DNA from: an uncultured delta proteobacterium | GTDB lineage: Bacteria > Desulfobacterota > Binatia > Binatales > Binataceae | DNA: 64,000 bases | Reading direction: 5' to 3' | Assembly: GCA_963724765.1 (NCBI GenBank) | Contig: CAVRVY010000004.1 | Location: 448,001-512,000 of the forward strand | In this document: piece by piece, positions 1 through 9,569 of the stretch | Layout of the letters: every line of letters begins with the position of its first letter | How positions within the stretch are numbered: position 1 is the stretch's first letter | Notes under the pieces: model-generated | Databases searched by the model: none | What the model saw: the letters and a program-made list of their open reading frames with translations, nothing else | Told to the model about the DNA's origin: nothing | Position numbers and translations under genes: made by a program

Positions 1-1
1 G

Positions 2-436
2 GAACGCGCGCGTGCGACCCTCCAGCGCAACCGCTCCGAGCTCGATCGGCGCACGCTCCTTGCGCAGATTGCTAACCATCACTCGGGCCGGAGCCTCGCC
101 AAGGGCGGCGCGTTCGAGGTCGTCGGGACGTCCGAGTCCCACCACGGCGTCAATCTCGGGCGCCGCGGCCAGCACGGCGGGATTCGCCTGCGCGAGGCAT
201 CCGGTCATCACCACGCGCGCGCGCGGGTTAAGCCGCCGTGCGCGGCGCGCGAGCTTGAGGCTCTCGGCGTCGGCCCGATCGGTCACCGTGCAGGTGTTCA
301 CGATATAGACATCGGCGACCTCGTCGAACTCGCAGCGTTCCATCCCGCGCGCGCCAAGGCGCGACTCGATCATCGCCGAGTCGTACTGGTTGACCTTGCA
401 TCCGAGTGTGGCCACCGCAAAGCGCATCGCACCCAT
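2..436 (-). CDS. mtaB: tRNA methylthiotransferase MtaB-like (MiaB family), N-terminal part; runs off the window edge
   Basis: Manual minus-strand translation from ATG at 436: MGAMRFAVATLGCKVNQYDS...ADVYIVNTCTVTDRAD...VVMTGCLAQ (UPF0004 domain Cys motifs); lies downstream of mnmA. Confidence 0.8.
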   Translation of the reverse strand, partial: MGAMRFAVATLGCKVNQYDSAMIESRLGARGMERCEFDEVADVYIVNTCTVTDRADAESLKLARRARRLNPRARVVMTGCLAQANPAVLAAAPEIDAVVGLGRPDDLERAALGEAPARVMVSNLRKERAPIELGAVALEGRTRAF

Positions 437-440
437 CTTT

Positions 441-486
441 AGATCAGTCTCGAGATCGTCTTGAGATCAGTCTTGACAATAGTCTT
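441..486. repeat. Imperfect 11-12 bp tandem repeat (4 units)
   Basis: AGATCAGTCTCG / AGATCGTCTTG / AGATCAGTCTTG / ACAATAGTCTT between the mnmA stop and the mtaB start. Confidence 0.75.
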
Positions 487-1580
487 CACAATGCGCGCTC
501 GATAAAGCCGCCGCCGACAACTTCGTCGCCGCGATAAAATACGCACGCCTGTCCGGGCGTCACCGCGGGACCGCCGCTGCTGGCGAAGGTCACACGCGCT
601 CGGCCGCCGGATTCGATCGCGAGCGTCGCGGGCAACGCCGGATGGCGATAGCGGATGCGCGCCTCGACCGTGACCGCGCCCGTGCCGACGCTCTCGGGAT
701 CGACGAAGCTGAGGTCGCGCGCGAGAAGACCGGCCGCGGCGAGATCCTCGCGCGGACCCACGACGATTTCACCGTTTTTAGCGCGAATCTCGCGCACGTA
801 CAGCGGCGCCGGCGCGCTAAGGCCGAGTCCGCGGCGCTGCCCGACGGTGAAGCGATGCACTCCGTCATGGGCCGCCAATGCCCGTCCCTTCAGATCGACG
901 ATACGGCCGGGGCGAAGACGCCCGGGGGCCGCCGCCCGTTCGACGAATTCGGCGTAATCGCCGTCGGGCACAAAGCAAATCTCCTGGCTCTCGGGCTTGT
1001 CGGCGTTGGCGAGACCAAGCTGGCGCGCGCGCGCGCGAACCTCGGCCTTGGTCATCGCGCCGAGCGGAAAGAGCGTGCGGCTGAGTTCAACCTGACCGAG
1101 CGTGAACAGGAAGTACGACTGATCCTTGATGGCGTCGGCGGCGCGCAAAAGATGGAAGCGGCCACGCGCGTCGCGTTCGATGCGGGCATAATGGCCGGTC
1201 GCGACGTAGTCCGCGCCGAGCGCCGCCGCGCGCTCTCGCAGGCGATCGAACTTGATCTCGCGATTGCACATCACGCACGGGTTGGGCGTGCGGCCGTGCA
1301 GGTATTCGGAAACGAAATTGTCGATCACGCGGGCGCCGAACTCCGCGCGCAAATCGACCACGTAAAATGGAAAGTCCATCCGCTCCGCGACCCGGCGCGC
1401 ATCCTCGAAATCCTCGTGCGAGCAACATGTCCCGCGCCGGCGCGCCGGCGATGGACCCGGCCGCTCCGGCGCGAGACGCATCGCCACGCCGATCACGTCG
1501 TAGCCACGCTCGCGCAAAATCGCCGCGGCGACGGAACTGTCCACTCCGCCCGACATCGCGACCAGCACCCGCGCGCTCAT
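486..1580 (-). CDS. mnmA: tRNA 2-thiouridylase MnmA
   Basis: VAMSGGVDSS PP-loop, TPNPCVMCN, ATGHYAR, KDQSYFL, ESQEICF, TPGQ; start ATG 1580 overlaps the upstream stop (ATGA). Confidence 0.96.
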   Translation of the reverse strand: MSARVLVAMSGGVDSSVAAAILRERGYDVIGVAMRLAPERPGPSPARRRGTCCSHEDFEDARRVAERMDFPFYVVDLRAEFGARVIDNFVSEYLHGRTPNPCVMCNREIKFDRLRERAAALGADYVATGHYARIERDARGRFHLLRAADAIKDQSYFLFTLGQVELSRTLFPLGAMTKAEVRARARQLGLANADKPESQEICFVPDGDYAEFVERAAAPGRLRPGRIVDLKGRALAAHDGVHRFTVGQRRGLGLSAPAPLYVREIRAKNGEIVVGPREDLAAAGLLARDLSFVDPESVGTGAVTVEARIRYRHPALPATLAIESGGRARVTFASSGGPAVTPGQACVFYRGDEVVGGGFIERAL

Positions 1581-2761
1581 CGCGTAGCCTCCGCCACGGC
1601 GGCGAATGCGGCTGTAGTCAGCGGCTCGGCCGCACGGACCCGCTGCCAGACGTCCGGGATGATTTCCGCCGCGCGCTCGATCTCGGCTGCGGTCGTGCTC
1701 CATCCGAGGCTAAGCCGCAGCGAACTGCGTGCCTCGTCGTGACTCAGACCCATCGCGAGCAGCACGTGCGACGGCTCGACCGCCCCTGCCGCGCACGCCG
1801 AGCCCATCGAAACTTCCACGCCCTCGAGGTCGAGCGCAATCAACATGCTTTCGCCGAGCACGCCGGGAAAAGTCAGGTTGAGCGTGTTGGCAATTTTGTC
1901 GGCGGGGGAGCCATTGAGGCGGAGACCCGGAATTGCCGCGCCAAGACGCTCGAGCAGCCGCTCTGCCAGCATCGCAACGCGCGCGGACTCTTCGTCCATA
2001 TGCGCTCCGGCGGCTTCAGCCGCCACGCCAAAGGCTATCGCGCCGAGCAAATTCGGCGTCCCGGCGCGCATCCCGGCCTCCTGCGGCCCGCCAAGCATCG
2101 CAGGCGCGAGCGCCACCCCGGCGCGCACGTAGAGCGCGCCGATTCCCGCCGGTGCGCCCAGCTTGTGGCCGCTAATCGTCAACAGATCGCATCGTAAATC
2201 GCCGACGCGAATCGGAATGCGTCCGGCAGCCTGCGCCGCGTCGAGATGAAACAGCGCTCCCGAGCGCGCGATCGGCTCGGCCATCGCCGCCACGTCCTGG
2301 ATCGTGCCGACCTCCGCGTTGGCAAGCCCCAACGTCACCAGCGCCGTATCGCCGTCGAGCGCCGCCGCCACTGTCGCCGGTGCGATTCGCCCTGCGCGGT
2401 CAGGAATCAATCGAACAACCTCAAAGCCGTGGTCAGCGAGATATTCGAGCGGCGCAAGGATCGAAGAATGCTCGATCGCCGCAGTGACGATCCTCCGCCG
2501 CGCCGGATGCGCGTCGGCCACGCCGCGAATCGCAAGGTTATTCGACTCGGTGCCACCGCTGGTGAAGACGACCTCGCGCGTGGCGGCTCCGATGAAATGC
2601 GCGACCTGGGCGCGGGCCTGCTCCAGCGCACGGCGGGCGCGTTGGCCGCCTCGATGCACCGCGGCGGGGTTGGCCTCGTCTGCTTCGCAGAAGCGGGCGA
2701 TAGCGGCGCGCACCTCGGGCCGCAGTGGCGCGCCGGCGTTATGGTCAAGATAAATGCGCAT
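1577..2761 (-). CDS. Cysteine desulfurase (IscS/NifS family)
   Basis: IYLDHNA, FTSGGTESNN, HLDAAQ, SGHK (PLP lysine), GSAC catalytic Cys; coupled to mnmA. Confidence 0.93.
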   Translation of the reverse strand: MRIYLDHNAGAPLRPEVRAAIARFCEADEANPAAVHRGGQRARRALEQARAQVAHFIGAATREVVFTSGGTESNNLAIRGVADAHPARRRIVTAAIEHSSILAPLEYLADHGFEVVRLIPDRAGRIAPATVAAALDGDTALVTLGLANAEVGTIQDVAAMAEPIARSGALFHLDAAQAAGRIPIRVGDLRCDLLTISGHKLGAPAGIGALYVRAGVALAPAMLGGPQEAGMRAGTPNLLGAIAFGVAAEAAGAHMDEESARVAMLAERLLERLGAAIPGLRLNGSPADKIANTLNLTFPGVLGESMLIALDLEGVEVSMGSACAAGAVEPSHVLLAMGLSHDEARSSLRLSLGWSTTAAEIERAAEIIPDVWQRVRAAEPLTTAAFAAVAEATR

Positions 2762-2842
2762 ACGGGTTTGATAGGCCCAGGGCGAACGACTAACTTAGCC
2801 TAGCGGATTGGCAGACAAAAGTCGTCGCAGCGCTAGTCATCA

Positions 2843-4045
2843 ATGGCAATGCCTGAAGTAATCGTGATCGGCGCCGGGGTGGTGGGATGCAGCCTCGCGT
2901 TCCATCTGGCCCGCGCCGGGGCGCGAGTGACGGTTTTCGACAAAGAGCGCGAAGTGGGCGCCGGGATGTCGGCGCGTTCGGGCGCGCTGCTGCGGATGCA
3001 TTACACCTTTGCGCCGGAAGCCGAACTGGCGTGGAAGAGCCTGCGCTACTTCGCCCACTGGGAAAAGATGGTCGGGCGCGACGCCGAGCGGCGCGGCTGC
3101 GGCTTCGCGAGGACCGGATTCGCGATCGTAGTCGGACCGCCCAACGCCGAGAAGCTACGCGCCAATGTAGCGATGCTGCAAGCGGTCGGCGTCGATACCA
3201 GCGTGGTCGAGCCGGCGGAGTTGCGCAGGCTCGAACCCGCAATCAACGTTGACGACGTCGCGCTCGCCGCCTACGAGCCACAGAGCGGCTATGCCGACCC
3301 GGTCGCGGCCACGCGCTCGATGGCGGAGGCGGCCTCGCGTCACGGCGCGGAGTTCAGGCTGGGAGTGCCGATCGGTTCGATCGACGCGGCGAGCGGTCGC
3401 GTGCGCGGCGTAGTTGACGCGGCCGGCAAGCGGTACGCCGCCGACGCTGTGTGCGTAGTGGCCGGTCCATGGACGGATCGGCTCCTGAAGCCGCTTGGCG
3501 CGCCGATCGGAATCCGCGCCGAGCGCGCGCAGATCGCTTTCTTCAAACGCCCCGCGACGCTCAAGCATTGCGGATGTATCGACACGATCTCAGGCAGCTA
3601 CTTCCGCCCGCAGGCCGCCGAAGAGACTTTGATCGGCCTCGGCGACGTCAAAGCGGAGTACGAACCCGACCCGGACAGCTTTCGCGAAGACAACGACGCC
3701 GACTTCGTCACCGAGGTCGCCGAACGCCTGGCCCATCGCGTGCCCGCGATGGCTGGTGCGGGATACTCGCGCGGCCACGCCGGAATCTACGACGTGAGCC
3801 CCGACTCGCGCGCGGTGCTTGGCCCCGTGCCAGAGGTCAACGGACTTTACGCCGCCGCGGGATTCAGCGGCACCGGTTTCAAAACCGCACCGGCGGTGGG
3901 CGCCGCGATGGAGGAGCTGATCCTCACCGGCCGCTCCACAACCGTCGACCTGCGCCCGTTCGGCTTCGAGCGCCTGCGCGAAGGACGCCCGATCCGCGGC
4001 GAGCACGAGTACCTGATGGGCGCCAACTTCGGTCACAAGCTCTGA
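2843..4045 (+). CDS. FAD-dependent oxidoreductase (DAO/sarcosine oxidase family)
   Basis: VIGAGVVG Rossmann motif; C-terminal GFSGTGFKTAPAVG. Confidence 0.88.
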   Translation: MAMPEVIVIGAGVVGCSLAFHLARAGARVTVFDKEREVGAGMSARSGALLRMHYTFAPEAELAWKSLRYFAHWEKMVGRDAERRGCGFARTGFAIVVGPPNAEKLRANVAMLQAVGVDTSVVEPAELRRLEPAINVDDVALAAYEPQSGYADPVAATRSMAEAASRHGAEFRLGVPIGSIDAASGRVRGVVDAAGKRYAADAVCVVAGPWTDRLLKPLGAPIGIRAERAQIAFFKRPATLKHCGCIDTISGSYFRPQAAEETLIGLGDVKAEYEPDPDSFREDNDADFVTEVAERLAHRVPAMAGAGYSRGHAGIYDVSPDSRAVLGPVPEVNGLYAAAGFSGTGFKTAPAVGAAMEELILTGRSTTVDLRPFGFERLREGRPIRGEHEYLMGANFGHKL

Positions 4046-4062
4046 GCCTCCACGATCCTCAG

Positions 4063-5157
4063 ATGAAACGCGTTCGTAGGAGTCGGCCGTCGCGGACGGC
4101 GATCATGATCGCGGCTTGCCTAGCGGCCGTGCTGGCCGTTGGATGCGTGGTCGAAAATCCTCCGGCTCCGCCACCGCCGCCGCCACCGCCGGCGTTGCCC
4201 GCCGGACTGGTGATCCAGCCCTCGTCGCTGGCCGAGGACGCGCAGGCGAGCCTGTGGTTCACGATCCTGGGAATTCCAAGGACCGGACGCCTCGATCGCG
4301 GCGGATCGCTGAGCGAGTTCAAGCTGCCGCCGGTAAGCTTCGCCGCCAACATGATTTACGGCCCCGACGGCAACCTGTGGATGGTCGGGATCACGACGCT
4401 CGGCTCGGCGGTCTCCGGCAACATCATCAGAATGACGCTCGATGGAAAAAGCACGCTCTATGAACTGCCCAACAACTGGGTGCCTGAGGGGTTGACTGCG
4501 GGACCCGACGGCAACTTGTGGTTCACGGGGTGGATGGGCGCAAACGCTGACGCCGCGGTGGCAATCGGGCAAATCACCACGGCGGGCGCCATCACCATGT
4601 TCCCGCTGCCCGAGGCCGGGACCGGTCCGACAACGATCACAAGCGGCCCGGAGCATAGTTTGTGGTTCACCGAGGCTCCGGTGGGACGCATCGGACGGGT
4701 CGCGCTCGACGGCAAAGTGCTCGAATACCATCTGCCGCGCAAAGGCACGTTGCCGGCGCAAATCGTGGCAGGCTCGGACGGCAACATCTGGTTCACGGAA
4801 AATTTCAGCGACCGGGTCGCGCGCTTGACCCCCAAGGGCCAAATCACTGAATTCACTTTGCCTGTAAACGGCAAGTACGAAGCGATCGTGACCGGCTCCG
4901 ACGGCAACTTATGGATCGCCGTCAATCGTGCCGGCGCGACAGCGAACATCACCGCCGGCGCGATCGTGCGTGTCACGACCAGCGGCGCAGCAACAGTATT
5001 TCCGATCCCGCGCGGCGCCGACATCACGGGTCTCATCCCTCGGCGCGATGGCACGCTGTCGTTCACCGAGCGATGGGTTACCGGCGGGTCGAGCTATATC
5101 GGACGCATCACCACCGCCGGCCAAATCACCGAGACTTCGCTCAGCCTCAAAAAGTGA
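4063..5157 (+). CDS. Vgb-like beta-propeller lipoprotein
   Basis: Start reassigned to ATG 4063; basic N-terminus, hydrophobic stretch, LAVGC lipobox, polyproline linker, repeated GPDGNLWFT-type blades. Confidence 0.8.
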   Translation: MKRVRRSRPSRTAIMIAACLAAVLAVGCVVENPPAPPPPPPPPALPAGLVIQPSSLAEDAQASLWFTILGIPRTGRLDRGGSLSEFKLPPVSFAANMIYGPDGNLWMVGITTLGSAVSGNIIRMTLDGKSTLYELPNNWVPEGLTAGPDGNLWFTGWMGANADAAVAIGQITTAGAITMFPLPEAGTGPTTITSGPEHSLWFTEAPVGRIGRVALDGKVLEYHLPRKGTLPAQIVAGSDGNIWFTENFSDRVARLTPKGQITEFTLPVNGKYEAIVTGSDGNLWIAVNRAGATANITAGAIVRVTTSGAATVFPIPRGADITGLIPRRDGTLSFTERWVTGGSSYIGRITTAGQITETSLSLKK

Positions 5158-5204
5158 CACAATGCGTTCGCGAGACGCGCACCCCGGGCCAGCCGCTTTT
5201 TTAG

Positions 5205-5996
5205 TCAGCGGTTCTTGGGAGGCGGGGGATCGCCCGTGGCGGCCGGAACCTCGGAGCCGTCCGCAGGAACGTTTGGATTGAACTTGTCTTCGAGGCAGTC
5301 CTGGCGCTCTTCGAGTTCTTCGATTCTCACGCCGATCCGGTTGAGCTTGTCGACCAGGCTCTGCATCGCGCGCGCCACCGGGTCGGGCAGATGCACGTGG
5401 TCGAGTCCGGCGACATCCTGGCGCGTGCTCTCGCCCTCGATAACCTTGCCCGGGATGCCGACGATGGTCGAGTACGGCGGCGCCGAGGAGACCACCACCG
5501 CCCCCGCGCCGATACGGCTGCCACGGCCGATCCGCACCGGGCCGATCACCGCTGCGCCGGCGCTGATCATCACGTGGTCCTCGATCGTCGGATGACGTTT
5601 CTCTTTCTTGAGACTGGTGCCGCCCAGCGTCACGCCCTGGTAGATGAGCACGTCGTCGCCAATCTCGGTGGTCTCGCCGATCACCACGCCCATCCCGTGG
5701 TCGATGAAAAGGCGTCGCCCGATGGTCGCGCCAGGATGAATCTCGATTCCGGTGATCCATCGCGCAAGTTCGCTCAGGAGCCGGCCGAGCAGACAGAGCC
5801 GATGCTGCCACAGCCAGTGCGCCGCTCGATACATCCAGATTGCGTGCAGCCCTGGATAGGCGAGCACCACCTCGAGCACGGTGCGAGCAGCCGGGTCGCG
5901 GTCGAAGACCGCCTGGATGTCCTCGCGCATCCGGCTGATGACGCCGATCGGCGCCTGCGCCTGTGCGTCGGTGCCGGTTGTGCTCGGGAGAGCCAT
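5205..5996 (-). CDS. cysE: Serine O-acetyltransferase
   Basis: [37 protein letters not shown]; start ATG 5996 just after the cimA stop. Confidence 0.95.
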   Translation of the reverse strand: MALPSTTGTDAQAQAPIGVISRMREDIQAVFDRDPAARTVLEVVLAYPGLHAIWMYRAAHWLWQHRLCLLGRLLSELARWITGIEIHPGATIGRRLFIDHGMGVVIGETTEIGDDVLIYQGVTLGGTSLKKEKRHPTIEDHVMISAGAAVIGPVRIGRGSRIGAGAVVVSSAPPYSTIVGIPGKVIEGESTRQDVAGLDHVHLPDPVARAMQSLVDKLNRIGVRIEELEERQDCLEDKFNPNVPADGSEVPAATGDPPPPKNR

Positions 5997-6000
5997 GCGC

Positions 6001-7668
6001 CTACGTCCTCGCCGGCGCGCCGTTGCGCAGCGGAGCGCGATCGCGTGGCCGCGTTCCGTTGGCCGGCGCATGCTTGACGATGCGCGGCCGGGCCGCGTCC
6101 TTGTGCAGCTTGTACTCGACCGAATCGACCAGCGCCTGCCAGCTCGCCTCGACCACGTTGCTGGAAAGGCCGACTGTGCCCCAGCGCCGCCGGCCGTCGG
6201 TCGATTCGATCAGCACGCGCACGCGCGCCGCGGTGCCGGCGCCGTTGTCGAGCACGCGAACCTTGTAGTCGGCAAGCTGCATCGCTTCGAGCGCCGGGTA
6301 ATACGGGACCAGCGCGCCGCGCAACGCCGAGTCGAGTGCGTTGACCGGACCGTTGCCGGTGGCCGAGTTGCGCGTGCGCACGCCGTCGGGCCCTTCGATC
6401 ACCACCACCGCTTCGCTGAACGGCGTGTGGTCCTCGTGCCACTTGTCGTCGAACACGCGAAAGCTGACGAATCGGAAGTGGTCGCGCGCGAAACCGAGCG
6501 TCCGCAGCATCAGCAACTCGAACGAGGCGTCGGCGCCGTCGAAAGTATAGCCCAGCGACTCCAGCCGCTTGAGCTCGTCGAGCAGCACGCCAATCTTTTC
6601 ATTGCTCGGCTCGATGTTAAGGCCAAATTCCTTGCTCTTATAAAGGATGTTGGCGCGGCCGGACAGCTCCGAGAGCACTACGTGACGGTCGTTGCCAACC
6701 GCCGCCGGGTCGATATGCTCGTAGGTGTGCACGCTCCGCTGAATGCCGGAGACGTGCAACCCCGCCTTATGGGTGAAGGCGCTGTGCCCGACGTAGGCCT
6801 GGCGTATATGCGGCGTGATGTTGGCCAGCTCGTAGACCAGCATCGAGACCTCGCGCAGCGTCTTGAGCTTGCCGGGCGGCACGCACTGGTAGCCGAGCTT
6901 GAGTTGAAGGTCGGGAATGATCGAGACCAGGTTGGCGTTGCCGCAGCGCTCGCCAATTCCATTGATCGTGCCCTGAACCTGCACGGCGCCGCTACGCACG
7001 CCGGCGATCGCGTTGGCGACCGCGACCTCGCAGTCGTTATGCGGATGGATTCCGATCGGGCATCGCACCGCCTCGATCGCGGCCTGCACGCCGGTCTCGA
7101 TTTCATGCGGCAGGCGGCCGCCATTGGTGTCGCAAAGCGCAATCAGATTAACCCCCGCCGAATCGGCCGCACGCAGGCAGGCCAGCGCAAACTCGGGGTT
7201 GGCCGCGAACCCGTCGAAGAAATGCTCGGCGTCGAAGATGACCTCGTCCACGTGGCGTTTCAGGTACGTGACAGTGTCGTGCAGGATGTCGAGGTTGGCC
7301 TGGTTGGAGATGCGCAGGGCTTCGCGCACATGCATGTCCCAGGTCTTGCCGACCACGGTCGCGACCGGAGTCTCGGCGCGCAGCAGCAGCGCCAGGTTGC
7401 GGTCGGCCGAGGCGCGCGCATTGGCACGCCGGGTCGAGCCGAAGGCCGCGATTTTGGCGTGGCGCAAACGGAGCTTCTTGACCTCGCGGAAAAACGCGGC
7501 GTCGCGGTCGTTGGAGCCCGGCCATCCGCCCTCGATATAGTCGATCCCGAGATCGTCGAGGCGCTCGGCAATCTCCAGCTTGTCCTCGACGGTGAGCGAG
7601 ACGTCCTCGGACTGGCACCCGTCGCGCAACGTGGTGTCGTATATCTGTATTTTTTTCGCTACGGCCAT
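6001..7668 (-). CDS. cimA: Citramalate synthase
   Basis: [34 protein letters not shown], Hx[18 protein letters not shown] regulatory domain. Confidence 0.9.
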   Translation of the reverse strand: MAVAKKIQIYDTTLRDGCQSEDVSLTVEDKLEIAERLDDLGIDYIEGGWPGSNDRDAAFFREVKKLRLRHAKIAAFGSTRRANARASADRNLALLLRAETPVATVVGKTWDMHVREALRISNQANLDILHDTVTYLKRHVDEVIFDAEHFFDGFAANPEFALACLRAADSAGVNLIALCDTNGGRLPHEIETGVQAAIEAVRCPIGIHPHNDCEVAVANAIAGVRSGAVQVQGTINGIGERCGNANLVSIIPDLQLKLGYQCVPPGKLKTLREVSMLVYELANITPHIRQAYVGHSAFTHKAGLHVSGIQRSVHTYEHIDPAAVGNDRHVVLSELSGRANILYKSKEFGLNIEPSNEKIGVLLDELKRLESLGYTFDGADASFELLMLRTLGFARDHFRFVSFRVFDDKWHEDHTPFSEAVVVIEGPDGVRTRNSATGNGPVNALDSALRGALVPYYPALEAMQLADYKVRVLDNGAGTAARVRVLIESTDGRRRWGTVGLSSNVVEASWQALVDSVEYKLHKDAARPRIVKHAPANGTRPRDRAPLRNGAPART

Positions 7669-7672
7669 TTGC

Positions 7673-8908
7673 TTAGACCGACTCCGCCGATGTTGCATCG
7701 GAACCCAGGAATGCGTCGTGCAGCGCCCGCATCGCAAGCTCTCCATACTTGGCGTTGACCACGACCGAGATCTTAATTTCCGAGGTCGCGATCATCTCGA
7801 TATTGATGCTCTCCTCCGCGAGCACACTGAACATCCGCGCCGCGACTCCGGCATGCGTGCGCATCCCCAGCCCTACGATCGAGACTTTCGCGACCTGATC
7901 CTCGTGGCGCACACCGGCGGCGCCGATTTCCGCGGCCATCCGCCGGCACAGTTCCAGCGCGCCGCGCAAATCGTCGCGTCCCACGGTGAAGGTGACGTCT
8001 GTGTGGCCGTCCGCGCTGGCGTTCTGGATGATCATGTCGACAACTATCCCGGCCGCGGCGATGGGCCCGAAAATTCGCGCCGCGAGGCCCGGCCGATCGG
8101 CCACGCTCGCGATCGTAATCTTGCTCTGATTCTGATCCAGCGTCACGCCCGAGACCATCACGTCTTCCATTGATTTGTCCTCCTGGCCGACCCAGGTACC
8201 CTCGGCCTCGCTGAAGCTGGAGCGCACCACCAGCGGCACGCTGTAGCGGCGCGCCAGCTCGACCGAGCGCAATTGCAGTACTTTCGCTCCCAACCCCGCC
8301 ATCTCCATCATCTCGTCGTACGAGACACGCCCGAGCTTGCGCGCGCGGGGGCAGATGTTGGGGTCGGCGGTGAAGACGCCCTCGACGTCGGTGTAAATCT
8401 CGCAGGCGTCAGCCTTGAGCGCCGCCGCGAGCGCCACCGCCGTAAGGTCCGAGGCCCCGCGCCCCAGCGTGGTGATGTCGCCCTTGGCGTCGACGCCCTG
8501 GTAGCCCGCCACCACCGCGATGTTACCGCCGGCGACCGCCTCGGTCAGGCGCTCCACCTCAACGGAGCGAATCTTGGCATTGCCGTGAGTGGAGTCGGTC
8601 GCGAGTTTAAGCTGATGGGCGAGAAACGAGACCGTGGGATAGCCGAGCGCCTGGAGCCGAATCGCGAGGAGCGCCGCCGAGACCTGCTCGCCAGTCGCCA
8701 CCAGCACGTCGGTCTCGCGCGGATGGGGTGAGTCGCTGAGCTGCGCGGCGAGCTTGAACAGCCGATTGGTCTCACCCGCCATCGCGGAGACCACGACTAC
8801 GACGTTGTCACCGCCGGCGCGCACGCGCGCGACGCGATCCGCCACCGCTCTGATGCGGTCAATCGAACCGACCGAGGTTCCGCCATATTTGTGCACGACT
8901 AGAGCCAC
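7673..8908 (-). CDS. lysC: Aspartate kinase
   Basis: KYGGTSV, VVSAM, TTLGRG, YTDVEGVFTADP, two ACT domains, TSEIKIS. Confidence 0.95.
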   Translation of the reverse strand: MALVVHKYGGTSVGSIDRIRAVADRVARVRAGGDNVVVVVSAMAGETNRLFKLAAQLSDSPHPRETDVLVATGEQVSAALLAIRLQALGYPTVSFLAHQLKLATDSTHGNAKIRSVEVERLTEAVAGGNIAVVAGYQGVDAKGDITTLGRGASDLTAVALAAALKADACEIYTDVEGVFTADPNICPRARKLGRVSYDEMMEMAGLGAKVLQLRSVELARRYSVPLVVRSSFSEAEGTWVGQEDKSMEDVMVSGVTLDQNQSKITIASVADRPGLAARIFGPIAAAGIVVDMIIQNASADGHTDVTFTVGRDDLRGALELCRRMAAEIGAAGVRHEDQVAKVSIVGLGMRTHAGVAARMFSVLAEESINIEMIATSEIKISVVVNAKYGELAMRALHDAFLGSDATSAESV

Positions 8909-9009
8909 GTCATCGCCGCCGCGGGATAACTCGCGGCGTAATCAGGTATTATGGCGGCAATGGGCGACGCGAACCAGAGCCCCGCATTGGCTTGTACCAG
9001 GGGGTAAGC

Positions 9010-9513
9010 TCAGGCGAAGCGCGAGCGCAGGCGCTCCAGCAGTTGCGCGTAGCGGTCGGAGGCGGCCACAAACTCGATTCGGCGCGCGCTCGGACTGACA
9101 TAGCTGATTCGCACCGAGAGCACTTCCAGCTCTTCGGCCTCGCGCAGCCGCTCGAACCATTCCACCGCGGCGACGCCGCTGGTGAACAGGTACTCGCGCA
9201 ATCCCAGGTCGTCGAGCCCGGCCTCCTCCAGACGATAGAGGTCGATATGGTAGAGCGCCATGCGCCCGTGATGCTCCTGGATCATCGTGAAGGTGGGGCT
9301 CAGGATGTCTCCCTCGCGAAGATTGAGCCCGCGCGCGAGACCCTTGATGAAACAGGTCTTGCCCGCACCGAGATCGCCCATCAGACCGAGCAGCTCTCCG
9401 CCTTCGAGCACCGAGGCCAGGCGCCGGCCCCAGCTTTTGGTCTCGTGCGCCGAGCGGGTTTCAATGACGAACGTCATATTCACAAGCGTGCGCCCACTGG
9501 CGATTTCATTCAA
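9010..9513 (-). CDS. tsaE: t6A biosynthesis ATPase TsaE
   Basis: GDLGAGKT, SPTF, HIDLYRL, VEW motifs; start could be the later ATG. Confidence 0.93.
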   Translation of the reverse strand: MNEIASGRTLVNMTFVIETRSAHETKSWGRRLASVLEGGELLGLMGDLGAGKTCFIKGLARGLNLREGDILSPTFTMIQEHHGRMALYHIDLYRLEEAGLDDLGLREYLFTSGVAAVEWFERLREAEELEVLSVRISYVSPSARRIEFVAASDRYAQLLERLRSRFA

Positions 9514-9527
9514 GCGCCGAGCGTGGC

Positions 9528-9569
9528 GAGCGCGGCTGACCGAGCGCGGCTAACCAAGCGCGGCTAATG
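9528..9569. repeat. Three 14-bp tandem repeats spanning the nnr stop codon
   Basis: GAGCGCGGCTGACC / GAGCGCGGCTAACC / AAGCGCGGCTAATG. Confidence 0.8.

Noticed and set aside
441-486. Short repeats as a possible CRISPR remnant
   Set aside because: Units are 11-12 bp, directly adjacent with no spacers, and no cas genes are present
3451-4062. N-terminal extension of the 568-aa ORF suggesting a fusion
   Set aside because: Out-of-frame overlap with the FAD oxidoreductase; the lipoprotein signal starts at 4063
5881-7758. Long plus-strand ORF (625 aa), and similar ones at 16149-17567 (+), 41435-43426 (+) and 48924-50870 (-)
   Set aside because: Antisense shadows of well-supported genes (cimA, ftsH, E1/E2, A2M-pbpC); Arg/Ala-rich with no motifs, as expected at high GC
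8909-9009. Possible lysine riboswitch before lysC
   Set aside because: Only ~100 bp of intergenic space and no recognisable L-box features
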